In this document: positions 17,391-26,946 of the stretch, in pieces
How positions within the stretch are numbered: the first letter of the stretch is position 1
Layout: each line of letters starts with the position of its first letter
From: Promethearchaeota archaeon
GTDB lineage: Archaea > Asgardarchaeota > Lokiarchaeia > Sigyniarchaeales > SOKP01
Length of the DNA: 47,578 nt
Direction of reading: 5' to 3'
Assembly (NCBI GenBank): GCA_048941015.1
Contig: JBHLNZ010000021.1
Coordinates: 1-47,578, forward strand
The notes under the pieces: model-generated
What the model saw: only the letters and a program-made list of their open reading frames with translations
What the model was told of the DNA's origin: nothing
Database searches by the model: none
Position numbers and translations under genes: made by a program

Positions 17391-18227
17391 TTACTTTACG
17401 ATGGTTCCACCGGCTCGTTTAAGGGCTTTGTTCAAAAATTCGGATTGAAACCCAGGTGTGTAATTCATATATTTTGGTATTGGATATCTTAATCCAGCAT
17501 TATGAGTTGATTCCAATCCTTCAATCATAATTTCTAATTTGCTGTTTGGAATAGAGAACATAACTTCTGAATCTTCAGCTCCACCCCAAACTCTATCACC
17601 ATTTCCTAAAATTACTAATTGCGGTTCATTGGTCAAAAATGGCTTAATAACCCCCTCATGGCATGATCCTGCTCTTCCAGCAGCAGTAAACTCGAATATT
17701 CCTCCTTTTAAATAGAGATATGATTGGATTAACCGCATTGCTTGAGCTGGGTTGCAATAAATTTGGACTACATCTGGCTCGATTTTGGTTCTGGTCAATG
17801 GTGATATAACCAAACCTAAAAATTCGTTATTTAGCAAGTATAAAGTCTTATTCCATTTCTCTGCTGTTTCAAGATCTTTTGTATACAAACCAACATTAAA
17901 TTGATTTGAAAAATTTTGAGATTCTTCAGTAATTTGATCCCACCCATATACGCCCCGAGCTAATTTGCATACACAATCTTCCTCTGTGATTGCCAATGTC
18001 CAACCATAAGAACGAACCATTTTAAAATTTTGACATAAAAAATTCTTTAATTTTAAATCTTTACTTAGTCTTTTGCATCCTTCTGGGATTTCGTCTTTTT
18101 CTTTAATTAACTTTATAGCAATAGGGAAACTACTCGGTCTTATTAATCTTTCAATTTTTAAACCGTATTCTTTAAATTTCGATAACTTTTTACTCATTAA
18201 ATTACTCAACTCGAATTTAAAATTCAA
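17391..18227 (-). CDS. DUF169 family protein
   Basis: PIAIKL, LCQ...R.YGW, C.C, EPDVVQIYCNPAQAMRL, GDRVWGG.EDSEV.FSIP; start may be the ATG at 18197. Confidence 0.85.
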   Translation of the reverse strand: MNFKFELSNLMSKKLSKFKEYGLKIERLIRPSSFPIAIKLIKEKDEIPEGCKRLSKDLKLKNFLCQNFKMVRSYGWTLAITEEDCVCKLARGVYGWDQITEESQNFSNQFNVGLYTKDLETAEKWNKTLYLLNNEFLGLVISPLTRTKIEPDVVQIYCNPAQAMRLIQSYLYLKGGIFEFTAAGRAGSCHEGVIKPFLTNEPQLVILGNGDRVWGGAEDSEVMFSIPNSKLEIMIEGLESTHNAGLRYPIPKYMNYTPGFQSEFLNKALKRAGGTIVK

Positions 18228-18334
18228 TTAATAAAGAGTATATGTATAAATTAATTTAATTTATTGAATTATAATTTAATTTATTGACTAAAATCTAAAA
18301 GAATTTTTATAACAATGGTTTAAAATTAATTGTT

Positions 18335-19900
18335 ATGGAAAGATTTATTTCAGAAAGGATTTCATCTCAGGAAATGGCTATCTTAGATAATAATTCTGAG
18401 TGGTTAGGAATACCAAAAAGTCATTTAATGGAGTGCGCAGGATACTCTTTTGCTACTGAAATTTATAAAAAGTTCAATTTAGACTCTTATTCAAAAGTTA
18501 TTATATTTTGTGGAACAGGTAATAATGGAGGGGATGGTTTCGTAGTTGCTCGTCATTTAAATTCATATGGAATAAAATCGATAGTGGTTCTAGTTGGTTC
18601 TCCTGAAAAAATTAGAACGGATGAAGCAAGACTAAATTGGGAGATTATTTCAGAAAGTCTAGAAAGTTTAATAGAAATTATAATAATTCATGATTCAACA
18701 GATTTTGAAGGGCTTTATAATTTAATCGAGTTGGATAAAAATATTAAATTATTCGTTGATGGATTATTGGGAACAGGAATAAAAGGAATGATTAGGGAAC
18801 CAATTGCCTCAGCGATAGAGTTTATTAATAAAGTTAAGGAAAAAGGTAATATAAAGGTTATCTCAATCGATATTCCTTCTGGTTTGGATCCAAATACAGG
18901 AAATGTTTCAGATAAAGCAATTAAAGCTGACTTAGTAATAACCTTTCATAAATCTAAATATGGTTTACATCCGAAAACAGAATATGTTAAAGAAATTATT
19001 ATAAAATCCATAGGTATTCCTCAAGAAGCAAGTTTATTTGTAGGAAAAGGAGATTTATTGCCAACTTTAAAAGAAAGAAAAGTAGACAATCATAAAGGTC
19101 AATTTGGTAGAGTTTTAGTAATAGGAGGATCAAAAAATTACTCTGGAGCACCCGCATATTCTTCTCTTACTGGGATTCATTTTGGATGTGATTTAGTTAT
19201 AACATATGTTCCTGAAGTAGTGGGAGATGTTATACGAAGTTATTCTCCAAATATGATCGTTAGAACAAGTCCAGGAGATTTTTTAGGTACATCTGCATTT
19301 GAAGAACTTAAAGAATTAATAGATTGGTCGAATACAATAGTAATAGGTCCCGGGTTAGGAACTGAAAAAAAGACTGAAGAATTAATGGTAATGATCTTAG
19401 AAAAACTCAAGAAGGATAAAAAATCTTTCGTTTTAGATGCGGATGCCTTAAAATTAGTCAAGAATCATTTAGAATTAATTAAAAATCAAAATGTAATTTT
19501 GACTCCACATGAGGGAGAATTTAAAATAATGATGGATATAGCCTTGCCACCTTTTATTAATATAGAGGAAAGGGGGAATATTATTTTCGAGACAGCAAAA
19601 AAATATGATCTTACTCTTCTTGTAAAAGGACCTTATGATTACATAAGTAATGGCAAAAAGTTAAAGATCAATCGAACTGGATGCCCTGAGATGGCTATTG
19701 GAGGAACTGGAGATGTTTTAGCAGGATTGTGTGGCTGTTTTTTAACAATTGAAAATGGGAGTTTTGAATCCGCTTGTTCTGCTGCTTTTCTAAATGGTTA
19801 TATTGGAGAATTTTGTAAGAATAATATCGGTAATCGTTTTACCACAATGGATTTAATAGCGAACATCAATGAAAGTATTTTGAACATTAAAAAAATGTAA
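18335..19900 (+). CDS. nnr: Bifunctional NAD(P)H-hydrate epimerase/dehydratase
   Basis: LMECAG, GTGNNGGDG, VDGLLGTG, SIDIPSG, HKGQFG, IGPGLG, LDADAL, LTPHEGEF, GGTGDVLAG. Confidence 0.95.
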   Translation: MERFISERISSQEMAILDNNSEWLGIPKSHLMECAGYSFATEIYKKFNLDSYSKVIIFCGTGNNGGDGFVVARHLNSYGIKSIVVLVGSPEKIRTDEARLNWEIISESLESLIEIIIIHDSTDFEGLYNLIELDKNIKLFVDGLLGTGIKGMIREPIASAIEFINKVKEKGNIKVISIDIPSGLDPNTGNVSDKAIKADLVITFHKSKYGLHPKTEYVKEIIIKSIGIPQEASLFVGKGDLLPTLKERKVDNHKGQFGRVLVIGGSKNYSGAPAYSSLTGIHFGCDLVITYVPEVVGDVIRSYSPNMIVRTSPGDFLGTSAFEELKELIDWSNTIVIGPGLGTEKKTEELMVMILEKLKKDKKSFVLDADALKLVKNHLELIKNQNVILTPHEGEFKIMMDIALPPFINIEERGNIIFETAKKYDLTLLVKGPYDYISNGKKLKINRTGCPEMAIGGTGDVLAGLCGCFLTIENGSFESACSAAFLNGYIGEFCKNNIGNRFTTMDLIANINESILNIKKM

Positions 19901-20053
19901 ATTATCTTTTTTGTAAATCATTAGTATAAAACGTTGTACCCATAATTTGCACAAATTAATTTTTTAGATAAAAATTTATTAACATTTAACCTATTATTAT
20001 AGTAAAGTTACTTTCAATATAATCACTGAGAAAATTTTTGGTTGAGAATATAT

Positions 20054-20905
20054 ATGGGTACTCAAGTTTTTCTTATAAATCCAGATGGAACCACAACTGA
20101 AATAAAATCTGAAGGGTCAATTAAAGATGTTTTAAAAACTGAAGATTGCTATGTTCTAGTTTCTGATGATATTAGGAAGGTATATCTATGGAAAGGATTG
20201 GAGAGCAATGTGAGATCAAAGTTTATTGGTGCCAAAAGGAGCCAAGAAATACGTGGACAAGTCGGTATGCATTATGCAGTTGTTCCCCAGGATGAAGGGG
20301 ATGAAGAAGCTGAATTTTTAAAATTAATAGGCGGGAAGACAGAAGGAGGTATAGCTAAAGAAATAAAAGCAGAACAAGCGTCTGTTGCTAAACCTGCCCC
20401 ATCAGTTCACCCACTGAGGGAAAAGGATACTTTTGGAGCTCCAAAGCCAGCCCAAGGTATGAATATTGCTGGAAGTAGAGATCGTATTGCTCAAAATACA
20501 GGCCCCTTATATAGAGGACAAGAATCTATGTCTATGCTCATGGAGGACGAGGTTAAAATAAATTTTGAACAAATAATGCAAAAATTGGAAGAAATTAAAA
20601 TGCCTGATGGATTTGAAAGGGAATTAATAATTATTGGAAATCATGCTTATTCAGTTGTAGAGAGAGTACAGACCTTCTTAGGAGAGAAACAAGTAACTAA
20701 AGAAATATCGAAGGTAGGAGCTGTCCCTGAGGGAATCTTTTTTGCTGAAGATTATTCTCCAAGAATTTTATCAGAAAATGGTAAAATTCTAGCTATAGAA
20801 TTCTTAAAACGGACAACTGGACCAAAAGATACTACAGTTGAATTCAAATCTAAAAAAGAAATTTTAAAAGATCAAATAAAAACTCAGCTTGAAGGTAAAA
20901 AATAG
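20054..20905 (+). CDS. Single gelsolin-domain protein with an additional C-terminal domain (Asgard Gel-X type)
   Basis: LKTEDCYVLV...VYLWKG..SNVRSKFIGA...DEGDEEAEFLKLIG matches the gelsolin repeat consensus; ATG at 20054 preferred over TTG at 20042. Confidence 0.82.
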   Translation: MGTQVFLINPDGTTTEIKSEGSIKDVLKTEDCYVLVSDDIRKVYLWKGLESNVRSKFIGAKRSQEIRGQVGMHYAVVPQDEGDEEAEFLKLIGGKTEGGIAKEIKAEQASVAKPAPSVHPLREKDTFGAPKPAQGMNIAGSRDRIAQNTGPLYRGQESMSMLMEDEVKINFEQIMQKLEEIKMPDGFERELIIIGNHAYSVVERVQTFLGEKQVTKEISKVGAVPEGIFFAEDYSPRILSENGKILAIEFLKRTTGPKDTTVEFKSKKEILKDQIKTQLEGKK

Positions 20906-21122
20906 TTCCATATTTTAATCCTTCTTTTATTTATTAAGTCAATACATGTTATTAATTCATATAGATACATATGAACCACAAATCTTTTCATTATAAAAAT
21001 AGCTAAACTTTAAAACACCTTAACCTATTAGAGGTATAAATATAAGTTTTTATATCTAAAACTTTTATTTAATATTAATTGTAAAAAAAAATGATATTAA
21101 TTAATAGCTAAGGACGCGTATT

Positions 21123-21512
21123 ATGAGCGATTTAACTCCAGAAGAAGCACATTCATTATCAAAATTTCTTGGGAATATTACTGAACATACTGAACTGGAG
21201 GCTCTTGCCTTAGTGACACGTGATGGTTTACGTCTTGCTTTTTCTTGCATTCCAGATTATGAAGTCGATCCGGATCTATTTTCAAGTCTAAGTGCTGTAG
21301 TAATGCAAAGCGGACAGGATGCTATTGATTCTCTGGGTTATACTCATTTATTGGAAGTAGTTTTAAGAGGCGCAGATGCTTTTATTATTTTGAGTGCTGC
21401 TGGGAGATTCTTCTTAATGGGTGCAAGTAGAAAAATTGAAGATTTAGGTAAAATTGTAACGGTTTTTAGATATTATGCTGGAGAAATCGGGAAACGCTAC
21501 CCTCTAACATAA
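21123..21512 (+). CDS. Roadblock/LC7 (MglB-like) domain protein
   Basis: ALALVTRDGL...DPDLFSSLSA...LG...LLEVVLRG..AFIILSAAG. Confidence 0.88.
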   Translation: MSDLTPEEAHSLSKFLGNITEHTELEALALVTRDGLRLAFSCIPDYEVDPDLFSSLSAVVMQSGQDAIDSLGYTHLLEVVLRGADAFIILSAAGRFFLMGASRKIEDLGKIVTVFRYYAGEIGKRYPLT

Positions 21513-21626
21513 GATTTGAATTAAATGCTAATCAATCTGAATTAAGTGATTTTGAAGATATAATAATGCTAAAAAATAAATAATACAAATTTTTAAATTG
21601 ATAATTAAAAAATATAGTGACGTGAC

Positions 21627-23819
21627 ATGAGCGAAATCAAAATTTTTGTTGATGTAAATGAAGGTACCTCAAATAAAGTTGTTATTTGCCAAGAGAACGC
21701 AAACAAGTTAGGACTTTCCGAAGGTGCTTCAGTTGAAGTTGAAAATCCTGATAATAATAAAAAAGCCACTGCAACTATAGAAATTTCGAATATGGTTTTA
21801 GATTTTGCGGGACAGGTTTCAAAGAATGTTGTTGACGAATTGGAATTTGATGGTATTGAATTAATTATTCGTCCTGTTAGTAGTACTGGTCTAGCAGCTC
21901 CTAAATTACAGATACCGAAAGTTCCAACACCCAGACCGATTCCTACAACCCAACCAGGAATTTCCCAACAATCATCATTAACTCCATTACCCACACCTCC
22001 GCCTCAACCTATGCCAACTAGGCCAACACCTCAACCTAAACCGGCACCTACACCACAAGCAACACCTATACCTGCTCATCAACCAGTTCCAAAACCTATT
22101 CCTCAACCTATGCCTATGCCTACTCCAACACCTCCACCACAGTATACTCCAGCACCTCCAGCACCTACACCAGCACCTATCCCTCGAGTTGCTCCAATAC
22201 CACCACCCCAACCAACGTATGATCAAGCTCCTACACAAGACTATAGTGTATCTTCTGTTCCTGCAGAACCATACCCTAATAAAATAGATGTCTATATGTT
22301 GCAAACTCAAAAGAATGGTATTGTTCTTAAACCCGTTGTTGATGATAATCTTGAAGGAGGAAGAGTACAAGTGAGTTCTTCCGTTATTCAACAATTAGGA
22401 CTTGCTCCAGGATTACTAATTGCCTGGGAAGATCCTTTAACTCGTTCTATAGGCTCTGCTAGAATAGATCAAGCAATGGTTAATCCAGGTGAGATAAGAA
22501 TGAGTAGAGATACAAAAGAAGATACAAATATCCAAGCTCAACAAATTGTAATTTATTCGACTGAACCTCCAATTCATAAAGCATCAGAATTAATGCTTGA
22601 AGTTCAATCTCAACCAAATTTAATGGGTTATTGTTTAGTTGGGCCTCGTACAATGTATACACTATCTATTAAACAAGATGATGTTCTTGCATTTGAGGAT
22701 GAACTTACAGGGGCTATAGGCGCTGGTAAAGTGGAAATTTCGGATGCCGTTCCACCTAATAGTATTGTTATCGATAGTGAGATATTAGAAGCATCTGGTA
22801 TAGGAAGCTTTGAAGTTAAAGTTTCTAAAAATCTCCGTCCTATTATTCCATTACAAAATATTGCTCTTGGTATTTCTCCAATTTCAGGAGAAAATATGTG
22901 GGAAATCATAAGTACTGCTCGACAAAATGTGGATTCGTTAAAAGGATGGTTATCAAATTATATCATCTTTAAAGGAATCAAGTTGAGATGGAATGCGGTA
23001 AACATAGCATGTTCAATAATCAGAACGGTTCCAGACTTGACTGGGGATGTCTTTGCCCAAATTACACCAAATACCGCAATAAATTTAACGCCCACCGGAT
23101 TAATACCCTTTAATGCAATTCTTATTATTGATATTAGTAGGAGCATGATGGCAAGAGATGTTTATGTGACTAATATTGCTCCTGCAATAGAAGGAATAAA
23201 AGCAGCTATGGAATCTCGAGAAATTCAAGAATTTCTAAAACATTTCAAAGCTGGAATCAATATCCCAAGAAGAATTTCAGCAGCTTTTGCAGCGGTTTTG
23301 TTTTTAAGTGAAAAAGTTGGGAGAGGTTTTGGTGAAAAGGTCTCAATTATAAGATTTGCAGATGAAGCACAAGTATTACCTTTTGGTGGTGGTTTCTATA
23401 TGGATTCTGCTAGTGGAAAGAAAGGAATTCTTGAAGATGCAGCACGTATGATCGTTGATCGAATAGGAAATGCTTATGGACAAGCTACCAATATGGGTCA
23501 AGCTATGATTAAAGCTCATCAAGTTTTAGCTGAGTTTGAAAAGATGAGTCCGGATCAGCCAACAATGATCGTACTCTTAACGGATGGGATCCCTACGGAT
23601 GGAGATGATTTCTTCAAATCAGTTAAAGGTTTTGCTGAGAATCCGAATGTGGTCATTTATATAGTTGGACTAGGAAATCCTGATGATGAATTAATGATTA
23701 GAGCAGCATCGTTATGTGGTGGAGAATACTTTAAACCGGAGGATGCAGGTGAACTATTGATATGGTATTCTAAACGAGCAAGAGATCTTACAGTTAAGTT
23801 GAAGGCGCATAAAGGTTAA
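21627..23819 (+). CDS. Multidomain protein: CDC48-N-like barrel, Pro-rich linker, two more barrels, CDC48_2-like domain and vWA
   Basis: Intact MIDAS (DISRS...ATN...LLTDG); three repeats of the V.I....A..LGL..G..V pattern; about 110-aa P/T/Q-rich tract. Confidence 0.8.
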   Translation: MSEIKIFVDVNEGTSNKVVICQENANKLGLSEGASVEVENPDNNKKATATIEISNMVLDFAGQVSKNVVDELEFDGIELIIRPVSSTGLAAPKLQIPKVPTPRPIPTTQPGISQQSSLTPLPTPPPQPMPTRPTPQPKPAPTPQATPIPAHQPVPKPIPQPMPMPTPTPPPQYTPAPPAPTPAPIPRVAPIPPPQPTYDQAPTQDYSVSSVPAEPYPNKIDVYMLQTQKNGIVLKPVVDDNLEGGRVQVSSSVIQQLGLAPGLLIAWEDPLTRSIGSARIDQAMVNPGEIRMSRDTKEDTNIQAQQIVIYSTEPPIHKASELMLEVQSQPNLMGYCLVGPRTMYTLSIKQDDVLAFEDELTGAIGAGKVEISDAVPPNSIVIDSEILEASGIGSFEVKVSKNLRPIIPLQNIALGISPISGENMWEIISTARQNVDSLKGWLSNYIIFKGIKLRWNAVNIACSIIRTVPDLTGDVFAQITPNTAINLTPTGLIPFNAILIIDISRSMMARDVYVTNIAPAIEGIKAAMESREIQEFLKHFKAGINIPRRISAAFAAVLFLSEKVGRGFGEKVSIIRFADEAQVLPFGGGFYMDSASGKKGILEDAARMIVDRIGNAYGQATNMGQAMIKAHQVLAEFEKMSPDQPTMIVLLTDGIPTDGDDFFKSVKGFAENPNVVIYIVGLGNPDDELMIRAASLCGGEYFKPEDAGELLIWYSKRARDLTVKLKAHKG
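21900..22233 (+). repeat. Coding Pro-rich low-complexity tract (PTP/PQP/PIP units)
   Basis: Read directly from the translation. Confidence 0.85.
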
Positions 23820-23949
23820 AGCGTTTTTTTTATTTTATCAATAATTTATGAATACGAGATTTAAATCTTCTAAATCCCTCAATTTAATTATTTTAAGAAC
23901 CTAGAAGTCTAGTCCTTTATTTAGGAATGGTGCATAAAAATAAAATAAT

Positions 23950-24360
23950 ATGAAATCAATATTACATCATGCTCATCTTTTTGCGTCTAATCTTGATGAG
24001 AGTATCAGATTTTACCAACAAATGTTTGGAGCAGAAATTCTTTTTGATCTAGAGTTAGCAGGGGCTAGAAATGTGATGATTGCTATTGGTCCTTCAAAAA
24101 TTAACTTCTACGACCAACCTCCTAGAGACAATGGTAAGGGGGCGGTCCACCATCTCGGGATCGAAACAGACGATTTAGAAGAACTCGTTGAACATATGAA
24201 AAGTAAGGGATATCAATTCAGGAAATCAATTAAACATTTAGGTGTTTTGAAGTATACTATAGCAGAAGCACCAGATCACGTACTTCTAGAACTTTTTGAA
24301 GTTGTTAAAGAAAAACTCCCTGAAGATCAATATAAATTGATCTCTAACTTTAAAACTTAA
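23950..24360 (+). CDS. VOC/glyoxalase family protein
   Basis: LHHAHL...SIRFY..MFG...VHHLGIETDDL...APD.VLLELFE. Confidence 0.88.
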   Translation: MKSILHHAHLFASNLDESIRFYQQMFGAEILFDLELAGARNVMIAIGPSKINFYDQPPRDNGKGAVHHLGIETDDLEELVEHMKSKGYQFRKSIKHLGVLKYTIAEAPDHVLLELFEVVKEKLPEDQYKLISNFKT

Positions 24361-24510
24361 AGTTATTTTAAATTAAATCGATTTACATAAATAACTCAAA
24401 TTAGTTTTTAATTTTTTTATTGATTGCTTTTAGAAGAATATTGTTTATATAAAATTTTTATACTTAAATTTTGATAATAATTATAAGTAAAACTAACAAA
24501 TTTTATTACT

Positions 24511-24912
24511 ATGAAGGAAGTAAAAGTACTATCGATAGACGATCGTGGCAGGATCGTAATTCCTCAAATAATAAGAAAATCTCTCGGTCTAACCACAAAC
24601 TCTCAATTAATAATGGTAAGCGATTCAGAAACAAAAGAAATAAAAATCACTCCTATAGGATTAGGTGGAGAGAAAATTCCAATTAAATTAAGAATTACTA
24701 TGAAAGATATACCGGGAGCTCTAGCTAAACTTGCGACAACTTTCGGAGAGCATGGTCTAAGTATGATGTATAGTGAAGCTGTAATAGTAGAGAAGGATAA
24801 GAAAGCTGTATGGACTGTTATTTCTGAAAGCCCCAGCAATTTAAATGAATTAAAAGAAACTTTAAAAGAGAAGGGAGAAGCAATAGAAGTTGAAGTTTTA
24901 CCTTTAGAATAG
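24511..24912 (+). CDS. AbrB/SpoVT-type DNA-binding protein fused to an ACT domain
   Basis: SIDDRGRIVIPQIIRKSLGL and MKDIPGALAKLATTFGEHGL. Confidence 0.88.
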   Translation: MKEVKVLSIDDRGRIVIPQIIRKSLGLTTNSQLIMVSDSETKEIKITPIGLGGEKIPIKLRITMKDIPGALAKLATTFGEHGLSMMYSEAVIVEKDKKAVWTVISESPSNLNELKETLKEKGEAIEVEVLPLE

Positions 24913-24944
24913 TATAAAAAAATAATAAAAACAACCGCAATTTA

Positions 24945-25673
24945 ATGGCAAAAAAAAAAAAGAAGGATAAAGAAAAAGATCCTATTTCAGAATATTCATT
25001 AGACAGTACATTAAAATCCTCGAAAAAAACCAAAACAGATTTACAGGGATTATTAAGAGGATTTTCTGAAGAGAAAGGATTTGGAGCACCGAAAGAAGAA
25101 GAAAGAATAAAGCCCCAATTATCATATGAGAGTAAGAAACAAATTGCTGAAGATTATATAATGGAAGATATTCCTCTCAGTGAGAGAGAGAAGATAAAAG
25201 AAGAAAAAATTAAATTAGAGTCCGTAGAAGAAAAAGTAGTAGAGCTTAAGAAAGATGAAGAATCTTCTTCCAAACCAATAAGTACTAAAGAAAAACCTTC
25301 TTTTTCGAAGAAAGATGATATCTATTTAAAGTTATCAAATTTTTTTGAAGAACTTTTTGTGGGTTATAATGAACGTTATGACAGATGGGAGAACTCAGTT
25401 TCAGCGTTACTTGCAATTTTAAGAAAAATGAGAAAAATAACTAAAAAAAATACTGAAGATTTAGTCTCAACAATCAATAATCAATATGAAAAAATACAAA
25501 AGAACCTTGAAGAATTTAAAATTAAGCGAGATGAGATAGAAAAAATCTCAGATGTAGATATCGAAATAATGTCAAGTGAATTTAAAAAAGTTTTGGGGTT
25601 ATTAGAACTTCAAGTCAAAGAATACCAATTAAAGAAATTAACTGATGAGTATATTCATCAATATAAACTATAA
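24945..25673 (+). CDS. Hypothetical protein with a disordered charged N-half and a coiled-coil C-half
   Basis: Lys-rich start, E/K-rich linker and helical heptad-rich C-terminus. Confidence 0.75.
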   Translation: MAKKKKKDKEKDPISEYSLDSTLKSSKKTKTDLQGLLRGFSEEKGFGAPKEEERIKPQLSYESKKQIAEDYIMEDIPLSEREKIKEEKIKLESVEEKVVELKKDEESSSKPISTKEKPSFSKKDDIYLKLSNFFEELFVGYNERYDRWENSVSALLAILRKMRKITKKNTEDLVSTINNQYEKIQKNLEEFKIKRDEIEKISDVDIEIMSSEFKKVLGLLELQVKEYQLKKLTDEYIHQYKL

Positions 25674-25728
25674 GCTTCTAGTAATAGGATAAGTTCGGTT
25701 TTATAAACAAGTTAATAGAAGTATTATT

Positions 25729-26883
25729 ATGAGTTTCCCCAATAAAGATCAGTTACGTCCTTTAATTCTTAATATCGGAAGTAATACTTTCAAAATGGGT
25801 TGGGCAGGAGATGATTTTCCCGATATTATCGCTCCAAGCATATATGTTGATGTTTCTGATTACCTATATACTTCAGATGTAATTGACGGCTTAGAAGAGA
25901 TTTATATTAATGAGGAAACTCAAAACCATTTGGTTGGACATCAAGCATTAAAATATCAAGATATCTTAAAAATTCACGAATTTAAAAAAGAAAAGAATTA
26001 TAATTTGCTTACTAAATTTTTTTATTATTATTATAACCAATTAAAAATATCTTTAGAATTACAATATAGGCAGCCACTAATTATACTTTTACCTTTTTTT
26101 AGTTCAGAATTAGAAAAAACTAAATTACAAGAAATTTTTTTCGAATCCTGTAATTTTCCAGCTATTTTATTTTTAGATGAAGCTCAAGCTATATTATCTA
26201 CATTAGACAAGTCTAGTGGAGTGATTATAAATATTGGAGAATCAAATACGTATATCTCTACAATATTTCATGGTTTTACGAATATAATGGCCCGAGATCT
26301 TTTTCCTGTAGCTGGGAAGGAATTAACAAATTATCTATTAAATTTAATTTTAGCAAGGAAAAGTTTAGTAAAAAATGTACATGTTGATAAAACTATAGCA
26401 AAAGAAGTTAAAGAAAAGTTATCTTTATGTCTTATAGATCCAGATACTGAAAAAAAAAGAGTTAAAGAAGGTTTAACTAAATATGATCGTACTATAGATC
26501 TACCAGATGGTTCTAGTTTAAAAATAAATTTAGAACGTTTTTTATTGGCAGAACCCCTATTTAATCCAAAACTTATACATATCGATTATATTGGATTAGC
26601 GGAAGCAGTATCTAAAGTGGTAAAATCCTGGGAGAGAGAAAACTGGGAAGATTTAGTGTCTAATGTTATTTTAGCAGGTGGAGGAAGTTTAATATCTGGT
26701 CTTGATCGAAGATTAGAATTGGAATTAAAAAATTTCTTTTCAGAAAGATTAAAGCCAAAAATAAAAGTAGTTGCTGCTTCAGGTCGAGAGAATATGGGTT
26801 GGATTGGAGCATCAATTCTTTATTCGAAGGGGCAATTACAAAAAGGTTGGGTTAAAAATCCTAATTTAGAAAATACAATTTAG
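25729..26883 (+). CDS. Actin-related protein (divergent Asgard Arp)
   Basis: NIGSNTFKMGWAGDDFP, AGKELTNYL, IAKEVKEKL, LPDG...ERFLLAEPLFNP, NVILAGGGSLISGLDRRL and WIGASIL are all colinear with actin. Confidence 0.95.
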   Translation: MSFPNKDQLRPLILNIGSNTFKMGWAGDDFPDIIAPSIYVDVSDYLYTSDVIDGLEEIYINEETQNHLVGHQALKYQDILKIHEFKKEKNYNLLTKFFYYYYNQLKISLELQYRQPLIILLPFFSSELEKTKLQEIFFESCNFPAILFLDEAQAILSTLDKSSGVIINIGESNTYISTIFHGFTNIMARDLFPVAGKELTNYLLNLILARKSLVKNVHVDKTIAKEVKEKLSLCLIDPDTEKKRVKEGLTKYDRTIDLPDGSSLKINLERFLLAEPLFNPKLIHIDYIGLAEAVSKVVKSWERENWEDLVSNVILAGGGSLISGLDRRLELELKNFFSERLKPKIKVVAASGRENMGWIGASILYSKGQLQKGWVKNPNLENTI

Positions 26884-26946
26884 TAAGAAGAAAAATGAGA
26901 GAATTATTTAAATAATTATTAAAAAATGAATAGATAATGCTTTAAA

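Noticed and set aside
13484-18227. Integrated element at the tRNA pair
   Set aside because: No integrase or transposase, and no duplicated tRNA 3' end (att site) was seen downstream
21605-23146. Several minus-strand ORFs, including a Cys/Trp/Arg-rich 135-aa frame
   Set aside because: Shadows of the Pro-rich and vWA coding sequence on the plus strand
20054-23819. Interpretation as a split Sec23/Sec24 (gelsolin plus vWA plus Pro-rich region)
   Set aside because: No Sec23/24 zinc finger or helical domain; the vWA has an intact MIDAS and CDC48-N-like partners, so the similarity is only at the level of domain names
24471-25033. Short alternative ORFs 24471..24686, 24603..24839 and 24818..25033
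   Set aside because: They overlap the well-supported AbrB-ACT and coiled-coil genes
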